In this document: positions 1-7,082 of the stretch, in pieces
Numbering within the stretch: position 1 is the stretch's first letter
Layout of the letters: each line of letters opens with the position of its first letter
IMG/VR virus record: IMGVR_UViG_2648501161_000005
Coordinates: 55,689 to 75,688 of that record
Source of the DNA: an uncultured virus (IMG/VR IMGVR_UViG_2648501161_000005)
Lineage: Duplodnaviria; Heunggongvirae; Uroviricota; Caudoviricetes
Strand: one strand, 5' to 3'
DNA length: 20,000 bases
Translations under genes and position numbers: made by a program
Notes under the pieces: model-generated
Told to the model about the DNA's origin: nothing
What the model saw: the letters and a program-made list of their open reading frames with translations, nothing else
The model's database searches: none

Positions 1-337
1 ATTCAGCAATATTTGACGTTTTTTTGACAGAATTTTGACTATTACTTTTTTCAGTTTTTTCAGTATCTTGTGTATCTTCTTGACCATTGTTTTTTTTGGT
101 CAATTTTTTAATCTCTTTATTAAGCTCCTGAGCTGTCTTTTTGACTAGAGATTTAGCTTTCTTTTTCCATTTCTCCGCAAGTGCTTTACGGCGTACAACG
201 GATGGCGAAGGCATCTCACAACCGAGTTCTTCGCCAACCTGATCAACTAAACCCTGCCACGTAATCTTAGGAGAAGATTCATAGACTTTTTTTAGCCGGT
301 TCCAAATTTCTTCCGAGTATTCAATCTTGCGAGCCAT
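1..337 (-). CDS. 5' part of a phage protein truncated by the window edge; possibly terminase small subunit
   Basis: Not in the ORF track. ATG at 337 after GGGA. Open frame MARKIEYSEEIWNRLKKVYESSPKITWQGLVDQVGEELGCEMPSPSVVRRKALAEKW... runs off the edge. HTH-like N-terminus. The TerS call rests on position only. Confidence 0.6.
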   Translation of the reverse strand, partial: MARKIEYSEEIWNRLKKVYESSPKITWQGLVDQVGEELGCEMPSPSVVRRKALAEKWKKKAKSLVKKTAQELNKEIKKLTKKNNGQEDTQDTEKTEKSNSQNSVKKTSNIAE

Positions 338-350
338 TAAAGTCTATCCC

Positions 351-1037
351 TTATTCAGTAAATAGACCTATTTGTTTTACTTCAGCTATAGCTTGTTGCT
401 GTAAAGAAGCCTTGCTAAAACGTTTTTTATTTTGGATCAGATCAATTAGAGCTTTTTGCTGTAAATCGTTCTCTTCGCGTTGGAATACATCATCGATAGC
501 CATTTCTAAGTTACGGATTTGTTTCGCACGATTTTGTTCACACTCACGCACTATACGCATGAGGGTGTGAAGTTCAGGTAAAACCTTTTCTTGGATAGAC
601 TGTTCTTGAGATAAACATGCTTGAATAAGCCCCTTTGAGGCTTCAAGTAACTCAACCGTTAAGGCTTTAGGGAAAGAAGTAATATGCTGTGCCGCAGCCA
701 TACTCAATTGAAATGCCATAGCTTGAGTATATTCACTCATCATTTCACCAAGACTGTTAAACAGAATACCTGCTACAGAAGCTGTTTTATCTAGTTCCGG
801 TTCAATCGTAAAACCAAGAATCCAGTCAGCTGAAACACCATATTTTTGACATAGCAAAGAAAGTAATTCTGCATCTGGCATTAACTTACCATTTTCGATT
901 TCACTCATTCGATTTTTATGCGGTGTACCGAATATTTCTAATGCTACGTCTTCTTGACGTAATTGAGCCATGTCACGCGCCATTGCAAGTTTTCTTCCGA
1001 TAAGTACTCGACGTTGCAAATCGCTCTTTTTCGCCAT
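351..1037 (-). CDS. XRE-family HTH protein with long helical C-terminal domain; possible late-gene regulator
   Basis: N-terminal LAMARDMAQLRQEDVA...MSEIENGKLMPD...YGVSADWILG matches the XRE HTH pattern. Confidence 0.8.
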   Translation of the reverse strand: MAKKSDLQRRVLIGRKLAMARDMAQLRQEDVALEIFGTPHKNRMSEIENGKLMPDAELLSLLCQKYGVSADWILGFTIEPELDKTASVAGILFNSLGEMMSEYTQAMAFQLSMAAAQHITSFPKALTVELLEASKGLIQACLSQEQSIQEKVLPELHTLMRIVRECEQNRAKQIRNLEMAIDDVFQREENDLQQKALIDLIQNKKRFSKASLQQQAIAEVKQIGLFTE

Positions 1038-1727
1038 TTAAATGCTTCTCCCAGCTAACCAATCAAAATCTACAGTTTTTGACAACCAATCAGTTTCATC
1101 AGTAAAAACGCACGAAAGCCAGACACAACCCTCTTCACATGGTTCTGCCAGCTTAATTTGTTCACTTATGAAAATATTGTCGTCTTTGAATAACAAGCCA
1201 TCACCTTTGACACTATCAATTAGTAGTTTTGGATAGTTATCAATATCAAATCGTGGATAAGTTTTAGCGCTGTAAGAACGAGTTTTAAGTGGTGGCTGAA
1301 CAATTAACCGTATTTCACAAAGTTGATCGATAGCTTTTAACTTAAGTGCTCTAAACATAGGTCCATATTGTTTTTGAACCTTGTCCTTATACTTTTTAGC
1401 ACCTACTGAAAGACTATTTCTTTGCTTTCCGTTCTGATCAATTGTAGCCCGCCAAATCTCGTTAGCGCTTAATCCATAAGGCAATTTGATTGTGATGTAT
1501 TGCTTACCAAAAATGATAACACCACCTGTACTTCCCCTATACACACTATTTTCACCATCATTTTCTTTTTCTACATGGCACGGGAAAAACACATGTTTAT
1601 TTGAGCTAGCTTTATGCTTTTTAACTTTGTCATTACCTGATGAAACACTGAAATCCTTAAAGAATTCCTGTCTTTTATTATTGGAGAAAAACTCGCTCCA
1701 CTGACGGCGGTTACTTTTTTTAATCAT
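1038..1727 (-). CDS. rusA: RusA-family Holliday junction resolvase with N-terminal extension
   Basis: LPYGLSANEIWR, RFDIDNYPKLLIDSV and FKDDNIF motifs (D-x-D-N...K...D, DD). Confidence 0.85.
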   Translation of the reverse strand: MIKKSNRRQWSEFFSNNKRQEFFKDFSVSSGNDKVKKHKASSNKHVFFPCHVEKENDGENSVYRGSTGGVIIFGKQYITIKLPYGLSANEIWRATIDQNGKQRNSLSVGAKKYKDKVQKQYGPMFRALKLKAIDQLCEIRLIVQPPLKTRSYSAKTYPRFDIDNYPKLLIDSVKGDGLLFKDDNIFISEQIKLAEPCEEGCVWLSCVFTDETDWLSKTVDFDWLAGRSI

Positions 1728-1978
1728 AACGACCTCAAATCAAGCAAGTAAGATTTACATAAACTTGAAGCTCTTCTTGCATGACATAATCCTTAAAAAC
1801 ACTTAGTTCCAGAATTATTAACCGTTAGATTTATTTAGAAGTACCCTTGTTCCAATTCATTATTTTTGTTTGTAAAAAAATGCTCTCTTTTATATATGCA
1901 AAATATATTGATCCTCAAAAAAACATCGAGCTGGTCCTACTTACCAATGTGTCAGCACTTTTAGGATAGGGGCCCCTA

Positions 1979-2062
1979 TCATTTCCTTCTTTTTAGTAAT
2001 TTAATATCCAAACCCTTTTTACGTAGGATTTGCATCACACACCAAAATTTTAAAGGCCACAT
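1979..2062 (-). CDS. Candidate 27-aa cationic microprotein MWPLKFWCVMQILRKKGLDIKLLKRRK
   Basis: AAGGGA SD-like site upstream of the ATG and TATAAT at 2081-2076; no convincing -35. Confidence 0.3.
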   Translation of the reverse strand: MWPLKFWCVMQILRKKGLDIKLLKRRK

Positions 2063-2259
2063 CTAGTTTCCCTTTATTATAAAATTATTACCTAGGGGTT
2101 GTTTAGAAATCTAAAACTTTTATAACTCTTACTCAGAAATTCTCTTTTTCATCAACCATAAATTACATAAAATATTATATTTATCCACAACTTAAATAAG
2201 CTTGATTCTTTAATTGATAAACTCACTAGAATAATATTTCTTAAAATAATAGGAGTATA

Positions 2260-2288
2260 TTGACAGAAAAAAGCTAAAATATTACTCT
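2260..2288 (+). promoter_or_regulatory. Sigma70-like promoter upstream of the 31-aa peptide ORF
   Basis: TTGACA (2260-2265), 17-bp spacer, TACTCT (2283-2288). Confidence 0.6.
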
Positions 2289-2321
2289 CTAAAAGTTTTC
2301 TTCATAAAAAAGCATCAAAAA

Positions 2322-2417
2322 ATGAAAACTATCATCGTAGCTTTTGTACTCTCAGCAATTTTGATCATTCTATCATTTTTATTTTACATGATTATAAAAA
2401 CCCATTATAAGAAATAA
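2322..2417 (+). CDS. 31-aa single-pass membrane peptide MKTIIVAFVLSAILIILSFLFYMIIKTHYKK
   Basis: Manual translation gives a 22-residue uncharged hydrophobic core and a basic tail. Promoter directly upstream; A-rich leader with no SD. Confidence 0.6.
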   Translation: MKTIIVAFVLSAILIILSFLFYMIIKTHYKK

Positions 2418-2426
2418 CAAAGAATT

Positions 2427-2459
2427 AAAAAAGCTCATTTCCGAACCAGAAATGAGCTT
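2427..2459 (-). terminator. Intrinsic terminator
   Basis: 11-bp stem AAGCTCATTTC/GAAATGAGCTT with a 7-nt loop; U-tract on the minus strand. Confidence 0.8.
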
Positions 2460-2503
2460 ATGAAATCCACATAAACCTGAAATACTAAGTATGGCTACTT
2501 AGC
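2427..2503 (-). ncRNA. Candidate ~77-nt small RNA
   Basis: Minus-strand TTGATT (2538-2533), 17 bp, TAATTT (2515-2510); 5' hairpin at 2485-2502; 3' intrinsic terminator. Confidence 0.4.
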
Positions 2504-2689
2504 AATATTAAATTAAATGAATTTCTTTGAAGAATCAATATTTTTTTTAAAAAAGTATCTAAAAAAATTTAAAATTATTACAAATATTATAATTATAGCT
2601 TTTAGCAAAGTTAATTTCTTTGCTGCTACAAAAAAGTAAAAGTTCAAAAAGAATAAAACTTCTAAAATTAGTTAACGGGACTAAGAAAA

Positions 2690-3145
2690 CTATTTTTTAA
2701 AAGTTGCTTTATAATGTTTGGAATTAAAATAATTTACAATCTCTTCCCCATTATTTTGATTTTTTTCTAAATTTAAGGTTAAAAAATCTAATTCCGATTC
2801 CAAATTTATAAACTCGGGAATATATTCTTTGATAGGAGGGGGTGGCTTAGGGCCCCCTTCAGTAATTTTTTGAATAAACCCAGCTAACCATAAAATGTAT
2901 TCTTCTCTTAAATTATAAGAAGGAATCAAACTTACATCAATCTTTACCTTACAATCATTTTTACTTTTACTCAGTACTTCATTGAAATCAATAAAATTAT
3001 ATTTCAGCTTATATTCTGTACCCTTAATTTCTTTTCGAATCACCTTCATAAGAATATACATATTTTCTAAAACATCTTTAGAAAATAGTTTTTCATTTTT
3101 CATTTTTTTGTAAATAGTCTCAGCAAGAAAAAGATATTGTGGCAT
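2690..3145 (-). CDS. AT-rich hypothetical protein (moron/accessory gene)
   Basis: 151-aa ORF with its own promoter, bounded by terminators. No family recognised. Contains a GGPKPPPP linker. Confidence 0.8.
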   Translation of the reverse strand: MPQYLFLAETIYKKMKNEKLFSKDVLENMYILMKVIRKEIKGTEYKLKYNFIDFNEVLSKSKNDCKVKIDVSLIPSYNLREEYILWLAGFIQKITEGGPKPPPPIKEYIPEFINLESELDFLTLNLEKNQNNGEEIVNYFNSKHYKATFKK

Positions 3146-3182
3146 GTTACAAATTCCATTTCATAATTTCCTCTTATTCTAT

Positions 3183-3211
3183 AATATAGAATTATTAAAT
3201 TAATATTACAA
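3183..3211 (-). promoter_or_regulatory. Promoter of the moron gene
   Basis: TTGTAA (3211-3206), 17 bp, TATATT (3188-3183). Overlapped by the palindrome ATTCTATA-A-TATAGAAT at 3176-3192. Confidence 0.45.
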
Positions 3212-3280
3212 GAATTTACTCAAAGTTTTTTATTTTAAATTTTGAAGTAATATCAAAATATTAAGATAGTAATTCCTAAT

Positions 3281-3314
3281 AAAAAGGTCTATTTCTTTTT
3301 TAAGAAATAGACCT
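3281..3314 (-). terminator. Intrinsic terminator ending the leftward replication operon
   Basis: 13-bp stem AGGTCTATTTCTT/AAGAAATAGACCT followed by a U-tract on the minus strand. Confidence 0.85.
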
Positions 3315-3454
3315 AGCGAAAAAAGCGCTCAAACCTAAAAATGGCTGATTTAGTATTAGCTGCCCTTATTCAAGTTGGTACTATTAAGTAATTTAGAAAA
3401 TGCTCAATTAACCTCTCTCTTTAAATTTCTCTGCTTCCATCTAGTCCCTACATC

Positions 3455-3604
3455 TTATGAAATGGACCCCATATTGCATTCATATTCTTGAGCTGCTTCT
3501 CTTCGTAGTTAAGCCTTTTTCTGATTAGCTTGAACTTGGGTCGGGGTTAGCTTGTTTGGATTGTATTTTTTTGAGCGTTTTTTGCTGGTTGCTTTAGATT
3601 TCAT
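3455..3604 (-). pseudogene. Decayed phage gene (MKSKATSKKRSKKYNPNKLTPTQVQANQKKA*LRREAAQEYE...)
   Basis: ATGA overlap with the upstream gene and a GGGGGTG SD. In-frame TAA at 3511-3509 and 3457-3455, with protein-like sequence continuing past the first stop. Confidence 0.55.
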
Positions 3605-4134
3605 TTGCACCCACCCCCTTTAGCTCTTAACTTTTCAGCAACTAAACGATCAGCTACACGCTTAACTCGATTCCAAACAAAGTTGTGATCAATTTCAGAA
3701 CGACCTTGATAAATACGTTCAAGTTGAAATGCCGTAACTGAATAATCCACTTCTAAGGCCAGTAAATCCCAATCTTCATTAAAAGCTGTAGCGTAGGGGG
3801 TCAATTGGCTTTTCTGTGCCAAAATACGCAATTGGCGAGCATCTGGACCACGTTTTACAACTGGTTTTGGCTTAGATTTGATTAAACCAGTTGAAAGCGC
3901 CCATTCGACACAAGTTTCGCAACGACAACATAAACGCTTGTACATAGGTCCGGTGCCGTGAGGCATATTGAGATCACGCCCTATAGACTCAACGTGTCGA
4001 ATTTTATTACCAGGATGTTTCAGCCATTTCTTAACTGCTTTTTCTAATGCTTTTCGCTCCTTAGATTTAGCTGCTACGTTTGAGTAAGCAACTAATGCGT
4101 ATTCAGATTTTTTCATATCAACAAATGCGTTCAC
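3601..4134 (-). CDS. Phage hypothetical protein with a Cys/His metal-binding motif
   Basis: HGT...Y...CCRCETC motif; ATGA-coupled to its neighbours. Confidence 0.8.
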   Translation of the reverse strand: MNAFVDMKKSEYALVAYSNVAAKSKERKALEKAVKKWLKHPGNKIRHVESIGRDLNMPHGTGPMYKRLCCRCETCVEWALSTGLIKSKPKPVVKRGPDARQLRILAQKSQLTPYATAFNEDWDLLALEVDYSVTAFQLERIYQGRSEIDHNFVWNRVKRVADRLVAEKLRAKGGGCK

Positions 4135-4895
4135 TGTGCTTTACCTCCACCTATACGAGCATCATCCCAATCACATTCCACAATATCTAAGCCATCATGT
4201 TGAAATCTTGACCAAAGCCGGTCCCCAAGATCATCGCGAACCTCAGAAAGGCTTAGGTTTGAAATCACTACTGTTGGCTTCATCTCGTCATAACGAGTAA
4301 GTAGAACCTTATGAACACTCTCAAGCAGGTGAGGACGTTTTTCAGCACGGTCATGTAAGCCATATTCGTCAATAATTAATAAATCTTTGCCCACATAACG
4401 TTTTAGTGCTTCATCTTCGCTATCACCGCTACGGCGATAGGCACCCGCAATATCTTCAGCTAAGTCTGCAGACGTAATGTAAATAGCCTCCCAGTTTTTA
4501 ATGATGATATTTTTCAGAATAGATGAACCTAGATGGGTTTTACCTGTTCCAGTACGACCAACAAGGAGTAAATTTCTAAAAACACCTGCATTGAAATCCA
4601 TAGTGAACTTTTCACAAGTTTTACGAGCTTTGTCTTGTCCTTTGTGAGTTACTGCATAGTTGCTAAAGCCGCTATTTACATGTCTTTTAGGGATACCAGC
4701 TCGAGCCATTTTCAAATTTAAAATACGAATATTCTTATCGCTTTCATATTTTTCATTTGACTGCTTCATGATTTTTTCAACACAAGACTGACAAACGATT
4801 CGACCATGTACATTGATCATTTGTTCTTTGTGGATCTTACAGATCTGGTTTGTATGGGAAATTTTATATTCCAATTTTTGAGGCACTGCGTTCAT
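4131..4895 (-). CDS. DnaC/IstB-like AAA+ helicase loader
   Basis: Walker A GRTGTGKT, Walker B LLIIDE, PTVVISNL, and an N-terminal CxxH...CxxC. Follows the initiator gene. Confidence 0.92.
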   Translation of the reverse strand: MNAVPQKLEYKISHTNQICKIHKEQMINVHGRIVCQSCVEKIMKQSNEKYESDKNIRILNLKMARAGIPKRHVNSGFSNYAVTHKGQDKARKTCEKFTMDFNAGVFRNLLLVGRTGTGKTHLGSSILKNIIIKNWEAIYITSADLAEDIAGAYRRSGDSEDEALKRYVGKDLLIIDEYGLHDRAEKRPHLLESVHKVLLTRYDEMKPTVVISNLSLSEVRDDLGDRLWSRFQHDGLDIVECDWDDARIGGGKAQ

Positions 4896-5935
4896 ATCAA
4901 CTCACCCTTCACAGCTGTGTGAGCAACCGGTTCATATTTCTTTGGCGCTCCCCATTGATCATTTACGTTGCGTGGTAACGATTGATGGTTTGACTGTTGA
5001 CCAGTAGTCATTTCGGGTTTTTCGTTTAGGTACCAAGATGCTTTGAAGGCACCCCAAGGATTTTGTCTTTTCAAACAATATTCGACGGCTTGCTGAAGTG
5101 TGATTCCTGCTTTTTGGGCTTCATTCAAAAGTGCGTCAAAAGCGTTTTCGGTGTTTTGAGCTTTCTTGGCTTTACGTACTTGTAAGAACTCAGCAGCGTC
5201 TTTCTCAGGTACACCATTTTTTTTCAAAGCACTCTTGAAACTAAATTTTGCTTGAGTCGATGAATCAACTTCGCCAACGGCGGAGTTGTTATTCCCTTCT
5301 GGATTCAGTGAATCAGGATTCAGATTAAGGGAATCAGGATTCAGATTAAAGGAATCAGGAATCAGGGCGTTTTGGTCTGAGATAGAAACAGTTTTAGAAC
5401 CGTTATCTAACTGTTCTTGTGTGTTTCCACTACTGTTTGCTTGATTCGATTCACTTTCTTGATAACTGTTTTCAACAGCAGAACCAGTATTTTGAGGGGC
5501 AAATGGACCTGTTTTATCGTAAAAATGCTTTAAATCAGCTTTATTTAGCTGAATTGCCTTTCCAACAATTGTTTTGTTTTTCGGGTTACGTTCATAGACA
5601 GTGTAGATACCATTTCTGTCAGGTAGCTCACTATCTTTCTCAAGACCATGTGGGTTTTGGTGTTTAACAAAGTTAACGATATGGATTACATCAATACCAT
5701 CAGCGTTATATAACTCGATAAAACCGAACTTAGAAATGTTCTCTAACTGTTCTGCAACGTTTATATCGTCTGCAGGAAATAAAGACATTTTGATTTTCTT
5801 AGGTCGATTTTCGAGTCGGCCTTCACGATCTGCTAAAGTCCAAAGACCAATAAATAGCAATCGTGCTTCATACGGTAATTCAATAATGTCTTCATTCATA
5901 AAGAATGAGGGCTTAATATTTCTAGATCTTGCCAT
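4892..5935 (-). CDS. Phage replication initiator / replisome organiser
   Basis: N-terminus MARSRNIKPSFF...ARLLFIGLWTLADREGRL, low-complexity middle with DNA repeats, upstream of the DnaC-like gene. Confidence 0.85.
   Translation of the reverse strand: MARSRNIKPSFFMNEDIIELPYEARLLFIGLWTLADREGRLENRPKKIKMSLFPADDINVAEQLENISKFGFIELYNADGIDVIHIVNFVKHQNPHGLEKDSELPDRNGIYTVYERNPKNKTIVGKAIQLNKADLKHFYDKTGPFAPQNTGSAVENSYQESESNQANSSGNTQEQLDNGSKTVSISDQNALIPDSFNLNPDSLNLNPDSLNPEGNNNSAVGEVDSSTQAKFSFKSALKKNGVPEKDAAEFLQVRKAKKAQNTENAFDALLNEAQKAGITLQQAVEYCLKRQNPWGAFKASWYLNEKPEMTTGQQSNHQSLPRNVNDQWGAPKKYEPVAHTAVKGELI
5301..5366. repeat. 21-bp tandem repeat built from GAWTCAG units; candidate origin iterons
   Basis: GAATCAGGATTCAGATTAAGG (5310-5330), GAATCAGGATTCAGATTAAAG (5331-5351), and a partial third copy from 5352. 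Confidence 0.85.
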
Positions 5936-5938
5936 TTC

Positions 5939-6019
5939 TTAAGCTGCCTCATTAATTTCAGTAAAATTACTATGGTTACAAACAGTCATTCGAAGTGTGT
6001 TTTTTGAATAGTTAGACAT
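5939..6019 (-). CDS. 26-aa mini-ORF MSNYSKNTLRMTVCNHSNFTEINEAA linking the MTase and rep genes
   Basis: GAAGGTGG SD; overlaps the MTase stop; its 3' end supplies the GAGG SD of rep. Confidence 0.45.
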   Translation of the reverse strand: MSNYSKNTLRMTVCNHSNFTEINEAA

Positions 6020-7082
6020 GGCAGCCACCTTCAAATTGAAGCTCCATATTTGTATGGATCTGTGATAGCCGCTCCTTCTGCAAGTGCTCATACTTTGGAT
6101 TTAACTCACATCCGAGATATTGTCTTTTGAACTTTTTTGCTACAGCAGCTGTAGTACCGCTACCCATAAAAGGGTCAAAGACAACGTCATTAACTCGAGA
6201 TCCTGCAAGAATGCATGGCTCAATTAAATCCATTGGGAATGTAGCGAAATGTGCGCCTTTATATGGCTTAGTCGAGACTTGCCACACAGAACGCTTATTT
6301 CTTGTAAGTAGGTCATAATTACTTTCTTTGCGATCTGCTCGATGAGTACCCATACTTTGATTAGGATGAGCAACAGCTCTCTTGCTATTAGAGCGTTTAA
6401 AACTATCTCGTGAAGATCTCGAGTAAACAGCTTTCATTGGACCGTTATGCTTATTAACAACACGGTCACTTCCTTGTTGGTCATCAAGGTTTTGAGAAAG
6501 TCTTTTGATTGAGCTTTCTGCAACTGGCTCTTTGATAGCTACATGATCAAAGTAATATCTTCGAGATTTGCTGAATAAGAAAATGTACTCATGTGCTTTA
6601 GTACAACGATCTGTAATACTTTCAGGCATAGGATTTGGTTTATGCCAAATAATATCTTGGCGTAAATACCAGCCATCAGCTTGAAGTGCAAAAGCTACTT
6701 TCCATGGAATACCAATCAAATTTTTTGGTTTTAAGTTCGATTGAGCTGCATTTTGCTTTGGTAAAATTAACCCTTTCGTTTTTGGGTTCTTGCCATCATT
6801 TAGTCCTGTGCGAGTAATACCTCTGCCAGAACCTGCATAACTATCACCAAGATTCAACCAAAGGGTCCCATCTTCATGCAGAAGTTCTCGTACTAAGCGA
6901 AATACTTCGACCATGTTTTGAACGTACTCGTCAACTGTACTTTCTAAACCTAATTGGCCATCAACACCGTAATCTCTCAAACCAAAATATGGGGGTGAAG
7001 TAACACATGTTTGAGCTTTCAATCCTTCTTGAATCATTTGTGCCATCAACGTACGGCAATCACCAAATAAAATCTTATTCAT
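6012..7082 (-). CDS. Beta-class N4-cytosine/N6-adenine DNA methyltransferase (orphan)
   Basis: Catalytic TSPPY at the N-terminus, SAM-binding DPFMGSGTT at the C-terminus, plus HFATFP. Confidence 0.95.
   Translation of the reverse strand: MNKILFGDCRTLMAQMIQEGLKAQTCVTSPPYFGLRDYGVDGQLGLESTVDEYVQNMVEVFRLVRELLHEDGTLWLNLGDSYAGSGRGITRTGLNDGKNPKTKGLILPKQNAAQSNLKPKNLIGIPWKVAFALQADGWYLRQDIIWHKPNPMPESITDRCTKAHEYIFLFSKSRRYYFDHVAIKEPVAESSIKRLSQNLDDQQGSDRVVNKHNGPMKAVYSRSSRDSFKRSNSKRAVAHPNQSMGTHRADRKESNYDLLTRNKRSVWQVSTKPYKGAHFATFPMDLIEPCILAGSRVNDVVFDPFMGSGTTAAVAKKFKRQYLGCELNPKYEHLQKERLSQIHTNMELQFEGGCHV

Noticed and set aside
1042..1704. Plus-strand ORFs 1042-1236 and 1486-1704
   Set aside because: Antisense shadows inside rusA, with no SD or recognisable motifs.
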